64,000 nt of DNA from assembly GCF_009914755.1 (NCBI RefSeq), contig NC_060939.1, one strand, 5' to 3'. This DNA is from the human T2T-CHM13v2.0 reference genome, Homo sapiens. Position 1 is the first letter of the stretch, and each line of letters begins with the position of its first letter. Under the pieces are notes generated by a model. That model saw only the letters and a program-made list of their open reading frames with translations. It searched no databases and was not told the origin of the DNA. Below, in pieces: positions 1-15,336 of this stretch. A program made the translations under genes and the position numbers.

Positions 1-1587
1 GATAAAGAGAAAACAATCCTATAAGTCATATGAAACCACAGAAGCCAATAGCCAAAAGAATAAAGCTGGAGGCATCACACCACCTAATTTCAAAATATAC
101 TACAAAGCTATAGCAACTAAAACAGCATGATACTGACATAAAAACAGACACATTAACCAATGAAACAGAATAGAGAATTCAGAAATAAATCTATATATTT
201 ACAGCCAATTGATTTTCGAGGTGATTTTTGAACATTCAGTGGGGAAAGGACAGTCTCTTCAATAAGTGGTGATGGGAAAACTGGATACCTATATGCAGAA
301 AAATGAAACTAGACCCCTATGTCTCACCACATACATAAACCAAATCAAAATGTGATGGAAATTTAAGACCTGAAACGATGAAACTACTAAAAGAAAACAT
401 TGGGAAAAGATATCAGGACATTGATCTGAGCCAAGATTTTTGAGTAAGACCTCAATACTGCAGACAACAAAAGCAAAAATAGGCAAATAGGGTTACACAC
501 ACTAAAAAGCTTCTGCACAGAAAAGGAAACAATCAACAGAGTGAAGAGACGATCTGCTGAATGGGAGAAAACATTTTCAAATTATTCATCTGACTAGGGA
601 CTGATAGAATGTACAAGGAACTCAACTCAACAGCAAAAAACTAAATAATCTCATTAAAAAGTAGACAAATGACCTAAATAAACATTTTTCAAAAGAAGAC
701 ATATAAATTGCTAACAAGTACATGAAAAAATGTTCAATATCACTAATCATCAGGGAAACACAAATCAAAGCCACAGTGAGATACACCCAGTAAAAATGAC
801 CATTATCAAAATGATCAAAAAAATAAATAAATAAAGATGCTGGCAAGGATGCAGAGATCAGGAACCATTAGTTTACTGCTGGTGGGAATATAAATTAGTA
901 TAGCCACTGTGTAAACTGGTATAGAAGTTCCTCTAAAAACTAAAAATAGATCTACTATATGATCCAGCTGGGTATACATCCAAAGAAAAGGAAGTCAGTA
1001 TATAAAAGGGATACCTACAGCCCCGTTTACTGTATCACTATGCACAATAGCCAAGATACAGAATTAGTCTAAGTGTCCACCAAGAGACAAATGGATAAAG
1101 AAAAGGTGGTATATATTTGGTCACAAAGAAGAGCAAAATACTGTCATGTGCAATAACATGAACGGAAATAGAAGTCATCATGTTAAATAAAATAAGCCAG
1201 ACATAGAAAGACAAACAGCACATGTTGTTACTCATATGTGAGAGCAAAGTAAGTTGATCTCATAGAGGTTAGAGAGTAGAATGGTGTTACAAGAGGATGA
1301 GAAGGGTAGTGGAGAGGTGGATAAAGAGAGATTGGTTAATGGGTACAAACACATAGAAGGAATGAGCTCTAGTGTTTGATAGCACAGTAAAGTTACTACA
1401 ATTAGCAATAACTAATTGTAAATTTCAAAATAGAAGATTTAAAATGTTCCCAAGACAAAGAAATGATAAATATCTGAGGAGATAAATATCCTTATTACCT
1501 TGATTTGATCATTAGATATTGTATGCATGTATCAAAATATCACATATACCTCATAAATATGTACAATCATTATGTATCAATTAAAAA
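1..1587 (+). mobile_element. L1M (L1MA-like) ORF2 3' end and 3'UTR, running off the window start
   Basis: Typical L1 ORF2 C-terminal motifs (gctggaggcatcaca..., aaaagcttctgcacag, aagaagacata) and L1MA-type 3' end. Confidence 0.85.
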
Positions 1588-1596
1588 TGGAATAGG

Positions 1597-1909
<313 letters not shown>

Positions 1910-2158
1910 CTACTAAGCCAAACAGTCAAGAAAAGTGTGCGACATTTTTTTTTTAATAGTCAAAGCATACTACATTCCACATTCTTGCCCTGTTCACCTT
2001 TAGGAAAAGGCTACAATGGAAAATGGATTTAATATTAGGCAATTTATCAGTATTTTTTCAGTTACATCACACATTAGTTAATTTATCACTTTCTCTCCCA
2101 TTTTCATACTAAAATCAAACTAGGATATACAGACCAGCCGTTTAAAACATATTGAACT

Positions 2159-2459
<301 letters not shown>

Positions 2460-2635
2460 GTATTGTGCAAACAATTGCTTACACTGCTACCAAAGTAAAT
2501 TTGACAAGTGAAATAGTTATAACTTGCCAAGTTAGAAAAGTAAATGGATTCCACATTAACTAAATATTTAAAGTTAAGATTTTTAAAATATGGAAGATAG
2601 TTACATTTTCACAATAAGTAACTAAAGAATATGTA

Positions 2636-2943
<308 letters not shown>

Positions 2944-3042
2944 AAGAATATGTATTTTTTAGGATTCTTTTTAGTATGTCCTTTGAGTATGTCCTTTTGT
3001 TAACATTCACCACACAAATTACTATTAAAAGTAGTCCAAACA

Positions 3043-3309
<267 letters not shown>

Positions 3310-3447
3310 TCAGAAAAAGAAAACAAACAACAGATAAAAGCAAAGTTTCAAAACCATATGCATCTCTTAATCTCAGTTTTAAATTTGTCATAACTGCATT
3401 GAGGTAACTTTACAAGAATGTTAACATCACTGAAATTAGCAAGGTAC

Positions 3448-3598
3448 CTGCACTGTTTCCCAGGTTTCAGTTTGCATTTTCTTCCCTCTGGTTGATTTGC
3501 ATCGAAGCAGCATTCATCTTTACACTGGTCACTATAGCCACAATCACATTCTTCACCTTGTTCTACCATTCCATTTCCACAAATAGGTTGGCCAGATT
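3448..3598 (-). CDS. ADAM10: ADAM10 coding exon 11 (151 nt; disintegrin domain start)
   Basis: (E)[49 protein letters not shown](S); cctcag|AA and CAG|gtacct. Confidence 0.97.
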
Positions 3599-5503
3599 CT
3601 GAGGAAAATAAACAAGACAAAGTAAGCATTGTGTGCACACATTAATTTTATTTAAAATTCACAAATTCTTTAGATCATCATAACAAAGGGATAAAGGAAA
3701 ACTTTGATGAATAAGTAGAACAAACTAGGAATCTGGAAATTACGAGACCTAATTCTAACAGGGGGTCTGCTACTAACTAGCAATGCAATCTTGGGGTCTT
3801 CAGTTTCTCAATCTGTACAGTGAGAGGATTTGACAGAGGGTCCCTTCTAGAAGCTGTAACTTGCAACTTAGGCCATGCTACATTGAGCTTTATTGACTGT
3901 TCTATTCATATCACACAAATACAAACCAAGTTAGTGCTTCACTAACCAGGAAAAAAAAAAATTAAGCCTTTTTTTGCAACAGAAAATTTCAAACACACCT
4001 AAAAGTAATAAAAGAATATGTACAATGAATTCCCATGTACCAATCACTCATCTTTAACAACTATCAACAACAATATGCTGTTCTTGTCTCACTTACTCCC
4101 ACAGTTTTTTTCTGGAGTATTTTAAAACAACCCCACCTAACATATTATTGTCCCTGTAAATACTTCAGAATGTATCACTATGACATAAAGTTTTTTTCTT
4201 ATTTAAACCTAACCATAATAACCATGATCATATCTAACAAAATTAATAGCATGCTTAATAACATCTAACAGCCAAGCCATGTTCAATTTTCCTCAAATGT
4301 CTCTTTACAATTTGTTGCTGTGAATCAAGTTTCAAACCCAAGGTTCCCCTAACCCCAACTCCTCCCCTCATGGTTGCTTTTTGACAGGTCTCTTATGTTC
4401 TTTTAACGTGTAATAGATTTCTCCATTTTTATTTATTTTTACACCATTGATCTGTTAAAGAAGTTGGGTGATTTTGTCTATGAAATGTCCCACATTCTAT
4501 TTAGCTGATTGTAATACAATCAGTAGGTAATTTTTTTTATGTACATTAGTTTTGCTGCTGAACTAAACCAAGCTCCTTAAGGGAACAAACATGTATTATT
4601 TATATCTTCTGTATTCTCACAGACCTTAATGGTATTGAGCCAGATCTTGGTTGATTAAGATTAGACAGTCTCATCTAAGCATAGTGAATAATTTTAGAAA
4701 ATTTCTTCAGCAGTCTTCTAAAGTTCTTTGATTTTTGTCAATGGAATTTAAAATTGGAATAGAAATGCTCCTCTTTGTAAGATCATAAAATCAAAGAGCT
4801 TTAGCAACTGCAGAGAATGATAAAAATCAAATGCCTTAAATGTTCTAGGAAATAAAACTAACTTCCAAGGAGTCTGTAACTTGCTAGGGACCATATATCC
4901 CAGTATAGGCAAAACACAGACTATATCTAGGGTTTTCTAGGTCTACGATCTGGTGCTCTTTTCTTTCTCCTACACCAAATCGACATGGAAAACAGTCATT
5001 GTACAGGCTTTAAGTTGCGAATTGAATAAGTAGAAGGGAACACATACATCTCAACACAGGAACCCATACATCTCAACACAGGAAACCCACATGAGGCCTA
5101 TCTAAATCAAAAATGTTCTAGAAAGACTGGCTTTATATTCAGATAATTATTTCTTTATGGTAAATTATCTTCCTTTATTTATATGTGCAATATAAAACAG
5201 AAGCTTGGCACAAACATATGCACTCACATCAGCCCAGAAGAAAGGATCTGGGACAAAGCCACTTGGCAACAGGACTGGGAACCCAGACCCTCAGGGCACA
5301 TAGGAGCCTAGCTGAACCCTGATTTCAGGGCCCCCAGGGATGTTGCTGTGGAGGCACCTGCTCTCCAGAGCCAGACTGGCCTAGATGAAAGCAGAAAGTT
5401 CATTCTTAACCACATCGACTATTTTTTAAAATCTTGGAGGTCATCGAAGCTTCATCCCTGTTTCACTTTAAACCATCTCTTTCGTTCTCAAAAACCAGAA
5501 GCA

Positions 5504-5973
5504 TGCACTATTTATAATAGCAAACACATGGAATCAACCCAAGTGCCCATCAATGATAGACTGGATAAATAAAATGTGATACATATACACCATGGAATAC
5601 TACACAGCCATAAAAAGGAATGAGATCACGTCCTTTGCAGGGACATGGATGAAGCTAGAAGCCATCATACCCAGAAAACTAACACAGGAACAGAAAACCA
5701 AACACCACATGTTCTCACTCATAAGTGGGAGTTGAACAATGAGAGCACATGCACACAGGGAGGGGAACAACACACACCAGGGCCAGTCCAGGGGTAGAAG
5801 GTGAGGGGAGGGAGCGCATTAGGACAAACAGCTAATGCATGTGGGGCTTAAAACCTAGATGATGGGTTGATAGGTGCAGTAAACCACCATGGCACACGTA
5901 CACCTATGTAATGAACCTACACATTCTGCACTTGTATCCCGGAACTTAAAGTGAAATTTAAAAAAAAAAAAAA
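5504..5973 (+). mobile_element. 5'-truncated L1PA 3' end
   Basis: L1PA 3'UTR motifs (ggaatactacacagccataaaaagg, aaaccaccatggcacacg) and poly-A. Confidence 0.9.
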
Positions 5974-5979
5974 AGGGGG

Positions 5980-6345
<366 letters not shown>

Positions 6346-6510
6346 CTAGTAATAATTTTATAATTCACATGACACGTAATTTATAAGAAAACAAATAACG
6401 AAGTCAGAAAATGTTACATACATTATTTACTACATATTAATTTTTATTTCATATAAAATTAGTACTTCAAGTTAGTTATTTGCTAACAGTTTAAACAACA
6501 ATGAGGTACT

Positions 6511-6809
6511 GTTTGTTTGTTTGTCTGAGACAGAGTCTCGCTCTGTTGCCCAGGTTAAAGTGCAGTGGCACGATCTTGGCTCACTGCAACCTCCAACTCC
6601 TGGGTTCAAGCAATTTCTTGTGCCTCAGCCTCCCAAGTAGCTGGGACTACAGGCGCACGCCACCATGCCTCACTGATTTTTTAATTTTTTGTAGAGACAG
6701 GGTTTCGCTACATTGGCCAGGCTGGTTTCGAACTCCTGGCCTCAAGCAATCTCCCTGTCTTGGCCTCCCAAAGTGCTGCGATTACAGGCATGAGCCACTC
6801 TGTCTGGCC
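6511..6809 (-). mobile_element. Alu (J-like)
   Basis: Reverse-strand dimer; TSD tactgttt. Confidence 0.85.
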
Positions 6810-7109
6810 TAAAAATACTGTTTAAATGCAAAAATTATAATAGGTACACATTTTGTTATAATTTAAGAAAAAATTTTCTTTCCTGTTAATACCTACAAAG
6901 CAATATGTACATTTTTAAAAGTCAACTTATTTCAGAAGGTTTACTGTGAAAACCCAGTTTACAAATGAAGAATCTTAATGTACCTGTACATTAAGAAGCA
7001 TTAGAAAAACAACCACTGACAATAACAATAACAAAAATGATAACATCAGTTTTTGAAGATTGAAGATGTAATTTCAATCTGCCCTTTTAAAAGAAAAAGA
7101 TAATGCCAA

Positions 7110-9668
7110 TCAATACAATAAAAAACTGATTAACTGGACCTCATCAAAATGTGAAACTTTTGCTCCACGAAAGAACTGTGAAAAGGGCGAAAAGACAAGC
7201 TACAGACTGGGAGAAAATATTTGCAAACCAGTATCTAGGACTAGTATCTAGACTATATAAAGAATTCTCAATACTCCAAAGAAAAGAAAAAAGTCCCACT
7301 AATGATCACTAAAATGACCAAAAAACATGGACAGACATTTCATCAAAGATGATTTATAAATGGCCAATAAGTACATGAAAAGATGTTCAGCATCATTAGC
7401 CACCAGAGAAATGCAAATTAAAACCATGAGATATCACAGCACGCCCATCAGAACAGCTAAAATAAAAAACTGTGAAAACTCCAAATGGTTGTGAACATGC
7501 AGAGAAACTGGATCATTTGTGCAGTGCTGGTGAGAACATAAAATAGTATGGCCACCCTGGAAAAGAGTTTGGCAGTTTTGTACAAAGCAAAACAAGCAAT
7601 TGCTATATGGTCCATCAATTCGATTTGGGAGCATTTATCTCAAAGTAAAAACTTATATGTTTATACAAAAAACCTGTACATGAATGTTTACAGCTGCTTT
7701 ATTCATAATAGCCAAACACTGGAAACAGCCCAGATGTCTTTCAAATGGATGGTTAAACAAATTGCAGTACATACATACCATGGAATACTACTCAGAAATA
7801 AAAAAGAACGAACTATTGATAAAGGCAATAATTTAGATGAATCCCCAGGGAATTATGTTGAGTGAGAAAAGGCAATTCCAAAAGGTTGTATGCTGTCTGA
7901 TTTTATTTATATAACTTTTTTAGAAGTGACAAAATTTTACATATGGAGAACAGGGTAGCAGGGGGGAGGAAGGGACAACAGAAGGGAGGTAAGCATGGTT
8001 ATAAAACAATGAGGGATCCTTGTAATGACAGAACTGTTCTGATTCTTGATTGTGATGGTGGATACATAAATCTACGCATGTAATAAAATTGTATAGAGCT
8101 AAATACATACAAAGAGAAATGAGAACAAAAAAAAAAACTAGGGAAATTGGAATAGTATCTATGGATTTTCTCAATATCAACATCCTGGTCATGATATTGT
8201 ACTACAGTCTTGCAAGGCATTACCATCGGAGGGAACTGAGTGAAGGGTACAGGGAATCTATTACTTCTTATGAACTGTATGTGAATCTATTAATTATCTC
8301 AATAAAATTTCAATTAAAAACAAAATCCCATGCTTATCTGGAAATCTTCCTGAATTCTTTCTCCTTTGCTGTCACATGTTTAACCCCTCTTTCAGTGCTC
8401 TTAATGTACAAAGATGAATAGGCCTCAGTGTTTCCCCTAAAGAAACCTATGGTCTTGTGAAATAGGACAAGGACACACACACACAAAAAAACCCTAATAC
8501 AAAGTAAATATTTAGAGTATGTTCAATGCCGCAAGAAAGACATAACAGATGACTGGAAGAACAAAATCTGGTCTATACATACAATGGAGTATTATTCAGC
8601 CGTGAAAAGGAATGGAACTCTGATACATGCTACAACACAGATAAACCTTGAAAATATTATGCTAAGTGAAATAAGCCAGGCACGAAAGAACAAATATTGT
8701 ATGTCCCCACTTACATGAGATACCCAGAATAGGCCAATTCATAAAGACAGAAAGTGGATTAGAGGTTACCAGGGGCTGAGGGGAAGACAGAGCATTACTG
8801 CTTAATGGTTATAGAATTTCCATTGGGATGATGAAAAAGTTTGCAAATGAAGAGTGAATGTAATTGATTACATTCACATTCAACATTGTACCTATAATTA
8901 ATGTCACAGAACTGTACATTTAAAATCAGTTTAAAATGGCACACTTTATGCTATATATATTTTACTAAAATAAGAAATAATTTCATAGTAACTTTATTCA
9001 CATTAGCCCAAATCCAAGGTATTCATGATAGGAGAGTAGATGTACAAACTAGGACATATTCATACAACGTAATAGTACTCAGCAATAAAAAGGAGTATAA
9101 TACTAAAGATGAATCTCAAAGCTGTATACTGAGTTAAACAGCCTTCCACAGAAGGGTATAAACTGTATACTTTCACTTATATGAAGACAAAGCCAATGTA
9201 GAGTGAAATAAATCAGATAGTGGTTGCCTCTGAGGGTGTGTTGGGACAGAGCCTGATTGGGAAGGGTGATAAAAGAAAGTTCCGGGGTGACAGAAATGTC
9301 CTGTATCTTGATAGGTAGTTTACAAAGGTAAATGCATCTGTCAAAACTCATCAAATGATGCACTTAAAATTTGTGCATTTCACTTATGCAGAAAACAGAA
9401 AAAGAACTATAAACAATATTGAACTCTAGTTAATGATTTGCAGACTAAAATGTTTAGGTGTGAAGTATACTGATGGCTGCAACTTACTTTAAATTGCAAT
9501 AAAACATGAATTGAGAGATGGCAAGATTAAGAAATAACGAGATAAAGGGAATACAGCAAAGTGTTAGCAATAGTAAAATGCAGGTGGTGGGTATGTCAGT
9601 AATCACTATAGAATTCTTTCAAGTTGTCTGAATGTTTGAAAATGTTCATAACAAAACGTTAGGAAAAT
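7110..9668 (+). mobile_element. Cluster of old L1M 3' fragments (MB/MC/ME-like)
   Basis: Three successive degenerate L1 3' ends (about 7110-8320, 8560-8980, 8980-9668); boundaries approximate. Confidence 0.7.
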
Positions 9669-9676
9669 ATACATAC

Positions 9677-9860
9677 CAACAAAACAGTTGTTTCTCTTCT
9701 TCTCAAGAACTTGGCTTATATTTCTAATACTACAGAGTGAGAATTTATTGTTGTTAAGTTTGTCCCCAGATGTTGCTCTTGCATACATGATGTAATTGCC
9801 ATTTTCTTTTTGACCCAAATTCTTAGATTCTCCTGGTGTGCACTCTGTTCCAGAATCATG
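9677..9860 (-). CDS. ADAM10: ADAM10 coding exon 10 (184 nt; third zinc His, Met-turn)
   Basis: [61 protein letters not shown](E); tgacag|CAT and TTG|gtatgt. Confidence 0.97.
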
Positions 9861-11756
9861 CTGTCAAAAAGAATATAAAGTTACATAAACAGGAAGTAAA
9901 ATAAGGTTTTCAGGTCAACTGATTAAACGTAATGTTCTCATCAGGAAAACAATGGAAGCTTGTGGACTCTCCTTTAAAAAGGATCTTACAATTGTTTTAC
10001 ACCTTGAGTAGGAAAAGAATTTGCTCTTTTAGGGGTCACTGTCTTAGAAAAGGAGGAAAATCAGTGGAGGTCTAGCCATAACAATTTATAGCTTTGTAAG
10101 CAGGGACTAGAATTGAGGACAGACTGTCATAAAAGTCTATTAAAAATAAGCTCACATACTTTTAAAACTAGTAACAGTAAAATAAACTACTTTAAAACTA
10201 CTAAATAGTCTCTAACACATATGTTAAATTACATGTTATGAATAGTTCAGAGAAGACAGAGGTGGGGAAAGACAAAAGAATCAAGAGACTGACATGGGGC
10301 TAAATACACACAGAACAGGAATCTAAGACAGCTAACTTAATAGCCAATATATAGGAAAGGTAAGTAAAAATGCTGACTAGGAACAGAAACACAATGATAT
10401 ATTTTTAAATGAAAAATGGTAAAAGCCTAGAGATAAAACCAAAATACTGCTTTGCCAAATAAACAGAGTTCTGTGTACACGTAACATATAAATGCACATA
10501 AGTGGTGTTCGGTTTTGATAAATTTTATTGAAGAGTCAGATACATACAGCATAGCTCCCTGAATTTTCTCAAAGTAATGCTTATGAGACCAAGCAACAGA
10601 ACACTACTACCAGATCCCAGCAGCCCCTACCATCCTGGGGATATGCACTAAAACAACCCTCACAATGCCCCTCAAACAATTCAGAACACATCAGAAGGGG
10701 CAAAAAACACTGGACACTAGAGTAATTGTGCTATTTAATTAAAATCTTGTTTTAAATACCCAACAACCCCACTCTCAAGAAAGAAAAAGACTGCCCAAGG
10801 ACGTTCTGTTTTTTCCTAGAGCCCAACTAAGTTACTTTCATTTTCTATTCCCTCTTCTGAGGCAACTGTTAAATTAAAAAATGTGTCCTCTACTATCACC
10901 TTTATTCTTCCTGATACCTCTTGCCTTTCTTCTGAATCTAGATGCAGCATTTAGCAACTCTATACTATTCACCAATATTATCTTGCTTTATGTTTTCAAC
11001 CTATAAAATTCAACTCAGTTTCTGAAAAAGGTGTAGCACTAGAATTATTCTCAGCATTAGAGTTTTAGAAAGGAAAGAAAAAAATCCCAATTCTGTATAA
11101 CTCTTGATGTCATCACAGAATATCTTGCCACTTTTCAATTCAGTAAATATTAATGAATGTCCAGTGCTATAAAAGGAGGCACTAAAATATAAAAATATAA
11201 AGATGAGAAAAGTATTATCCCTAGCCTTCAAGGCACTTACCTTCTATTTTTAAATGATAGCAAATCTTGACATAACTGCTTAGTCTGACTTGCTGCTGCA
11301 TAAATCCATTACAGATATTGCTAGTCAATTATTATTTTACTAGGCCAGGAGATATTACAATAGATCACCATTAACAGGAATAGAAGGGGAAACAGGTTGT
11401 AAGCAAGCATGCCAGCTATTTGCCATCCTCAGATAACGAATAAAACAAGCACATGAATAAGCAAAACACAAAACAGAACATAAAGGCCATCTTGACTGGA
11501 CTCGCACAAGTATTCAGAGTTCAAATCAAGAGAAGCGTTTCACTAAGAAACTATAATCTTTGTGACAAGAAAACAGAAAAATTTGTCTAACTATAAGAAA
11601 GAAAATTAAGAAAACAAAAATGCATAAATAAAAATTCAATCATAATCTACCATGCACTATAACTATTAAAATTTTGATCTATTTCCTATCTGACTTATAT
11701 CTAGCTGTATCACATTTTAATTTAAAATTTGGACTATACCATGTGTACAGTTATAA

Positions 11757-12099
<343 letters not shown>

Positions 12100-12821
12100 T
12101 GAGCACTGCAAAACTTGGTATTTAAATGACTGCAGAGCATTCCGTGGTATTTTCATACTGTAGGGCCATCTAGGCTGCTTAAAACTTTTTGGTATTATAA
12201 ATAAAACTATGATGGTCATATTTTCTTAATTTTTATTAAGGGCCATATTCATTTACATCATATAACAACACGGATCAAGATTTCAACAGGCAGACATGGG
12301 AAGGAACTGACTTCCTAGCGGAGGAAAGTTTTAAAGGTCTGTGAATTAATTTGACAGATGAGGAGAGATAACACTAGAAATATACTTAAACCCCAAATTA
12401 TCAAACACCCCAAACATTAAGATAAGGAAATTGTATCAGCAATATTAGAAAGTAGTAGAAGTGAGTTAGTAAGCAGAAGTGGCATTATTAGAACTGTATT
12501 TACATGAAGGTGAATCTGGTGAGAGTAGGTACATATTAGAATTTTCACCCTGAGAGACAGGAACTTTGTCTCATTTATGATTACAACTTCCTACAACAAA
12601 GTTTATAAAGCAGTTTATAATAGGTGCACAATAAATATTTCAGATAGGATAAATACATTTAAGAAATAATGTGAACCACTCAGAAAAAGTAACATTGACA
12701 TTACTACAAACGTATAAGAGAGAAAGAGATTTCAGATAAAGATGTTAAGGGAGACAGGTTCAGGTGTTTATGATTCTGGCTGATCTTACTATTAAATTAC
12801 TCAACAAATATTTATTAAGCA

Positions 12822-13260
12822 TTGTATAATTTGGATGTCTGTCCCCCCAAATTTGATCCCAAAGTTGTTAGTGGGCCTAACAAGAGAGGTCTGGGTCATG
12901 GGGGCAGATCCCTCATCAATAGATTAATGCTCTTCCTGAAGGGTTGGAGGTGGGTGGGTGAGTGCATTCTCACTCTCTTAGTTTCTGCAAGAGCTGGCTG
13001 TTAAGAGCCTAGTACCTCCTCTCTCCTTGACCCCACGCTCCCACCACCTCCACTCCCACCATGTGATCTCTGCACATGCCAGCACCTGTTGCCCTCCATC
13101 ATAAGTGGAAGCAGCCTGAGGCCCTTACCAGAAGCTGAGTAGATGCCAGCACCATGCTTTTTGTACAGCCTACAGAATCATGAGCCAAATAAACCTCTTT
13201 TCTTTATAAATTACCCACCCTCAGATATTCCCTTATAACAACACAAAACAGATGAAGACA
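12822..13260 (+). mobile_element. ERVL-MaLR solo LTR (MST family)
   Basis: Starts tgtataatttggatgt..., contains gggggcagatccctcat and gagccaaataaacctcttttctttataaattaccc, ends ...aagaca. Confidence 0.8.
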
Positions 13261-13449
13261 ACCATCTACTACGGATACAGATGGCAGAATTAACAACATG
13301 TGCAAAAGAATGGGGTACGATTGAGCGTGGTAGGCAAAGAGTGTGAACCAATTTCTCCATTAAACAATAATATAACATTAATTGAATAAAAACATCTCAC
13401 TGGCAGCTAGGTAGGAAAGAGATTACACAAGAAGTGAAAAGAGAATGGT

Positions 13450-13630
13450 CTAGATTCCCTACTGCAGTGTGGTTCACAGATGAGCACCAGCAGCAGCAGC
13501 AGCAGCATTATGTGGGAGTATGTTAGAAATACAGAAACTCAGGCCCCATCAAAGACCTACTAAAAAAGAATCTGTGTTTTAAGATTCTCAGGTGATGTAT
13601 ATGCACATAAAAATGAGTGACCTGGGACTA
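13450..13630. mobile_element. MER5-family hAT-Charlie MITE
   Basis: gttagaaatacagaaactcaggcccc...gaatctg...caggtgatgtatatgcaca pattern. Confidence 0.7.
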
Positions 13631-14406
13631 AAGGCCAGACAAGTAGCTGGAGGAGTACTAAAATTCCCCTGGTAAGGCCTGGAACCAAGATGACTTGGGG
13701 AGAAGAGAGGACACTTATCTGCTCTTGAAAATGCAAATCAACTATGAACAATAATTCTCTGCTCATCTCTAAAATTCCAAGTACTCTTTTAAGAGAAGAT
13801 CACAAAAGCAGTCAAGAGTTACAGAGATTAAGCACATTTTAAATACCTTATCCAAGAACATTAATAATAATCTATCAATTTCTGATTGGGATGTAGAAGA
13901 AGAAAGACTTGCAACTTAGTGAGATGGCACCTATTTTACAAACATGGGAAAAATTAGAGAAGTGCATTTGGGGATTTTAAGCTACAAGTAGACAACTTAT
14001 TTTTAAAATCATAAAAATTTGCACTTTTGCAAGTGATAAGGTGAAAGTAAAATGAATTTACATACAGTTTTCAAGTGTACATTTTCAAAATGTTATCTTT
14101 AATAAGCTCTACCAAAATCACAAAGACAGAGTATCATTCAGTATTTCATATTTCTGTGTTGTACTGATCTTTAAGGTCACTTAAAAGATCAATATAATGG
14201 ACTGGATATTAGATAATATCAAAGATCGCTGTTAATTTTGTTAGGTGTAATAACCACATTGTAGTTGTATTAGAAAATGTCTATTTTTTCAGGAATGTGT
14301 ACTGAAATACGTAAGGATAGATAGAGTTCCTTTAAATACCTTAGCAAAGAAAAAGAAATACAGATAGAAGATATGTCAAAATCTTCACAATTATTGGCTC
14401 TGAATT

Positions 14407-14581
14407 AGGGGTTGACAAAGTAGCCAGCAGCCTGTTTTTATATGGCTTAACTAAGAATGGCTTTTCCATATTTAACAAATTGTAAAAGCAACAAAGACTG
14501 TACAACAGAAACCAAACACTGCCCCTGAAGCCTAAAATGTTTACTAGTAGGCCCTTTACAGAAAATGTTTGCTGATCCCTG
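14407..14581. mobile_element. MER58A-like hAT element inside an old L1 fragment
   Basis: Ends aggggttgacaaa / tttgctgatccctg; aagcctaaaatgtttactagtaggccctttacagaaaa. Confidence 0.7.
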
Positions 14582-14656
14582 TTCTGAATCATGGGCGTAT
14601 AACGCTTTGTTGCACTATTTGTTCTACTTTTGTGTATGTTAGAATTTTTTCCTAAT

Positions 14657-14761
14657 AAAAGATTTTAAAATATCAATCTCATTCCACGGTAGAGAAAATA
14701 CTTTAAATTATCAATCTCATTCCACAGTAGAGAAAAGATTTTAAAATATCAATCTCATTCC
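14657..14761. repeat. 38-bp minisatellite, about 2.8 copies
   Basis: Unit aaaagattttaaaatatcaatctcattccac(g/a)gtagag starting at 14657, 14695 and 14733. Confidence 0.9.
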
Positions 14762-15172
14762 CTAAAAATGCTTTAACAGAAACAAAACAAAAAAAGAATT
14801 TCTCACAATTTGCTGAACATTCAAAATGTACTTTTAAACAATGAATAATGATTCTCATTCAAAAGATATTTGAGTACATTATGTACTAGGCATTGTTCTA
14901 GGGCCAGGAGATATAGATATTTTGTCTGAATAAGCCAGATGAAATCCCTTGCCTTCACAGAATTCTAGCACTGTTATGCTTACTTTTCTTACTTTAACCA
15001 CAAACATTCTATCTTCCTCCCTTTCAGTATGGTCAAATACATTACTGTGCTCTGACATAAAAACTAAACACTCGTAAGTACATTTGTTTTCACGGTGAAT
15101 TTTAAATAAATCACTCAACATAAAAATTAGACTAATAAGTATTTTTTAAGCTAATAATTAGACAATACTTAC

Positions 15173-15336
15173 TGGGGATCCAAAGTTATGTCCAACTTCG
15201 TGAGCAAAAGTAATGTGAGAGACTTTGGGAGGTACATGAGACCCATAGTTCTGAACAGTAATAATTCCAGTGTTTAAGGACTTCTTCTTACCATCTGAAT
15301 AGAGTTTACTTTTTTCACATATTCCTCCAGAGCTTC
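15173..15336 (-). CDS. ADAM10: ADAM10 coding exon 9 (164 nt; HEXXH zinc-binding motif)
   Basis: (G)[54 protein letters not shown]; attag|GA and CCA|gtaagt. Confidence 0.97.

Noticed and set aside
3440-3447. Exon 11 donor GTACCTTG as a U12-type site
   Set aside because: The U12 consensus needs RTATCCTT; this lacks the T at +4.
5220-5460. Locally GC-richer stretch with a 74-aa ORF
   Set aside because: No recognisable homology or splice support; the ORF runs into the adjacent L1PA. Cannot be assigned without a search.
13488-13507. (CAG)6 triplet repeat
   Set aside because: Short, intronic and derived from the CAGCAGCA motif normal to MER5 elements.
14657-14761. CRISPR-sized repeat unit
   Set aside because: Head-to-tail units with no unique spacers, human context and no cas genes.
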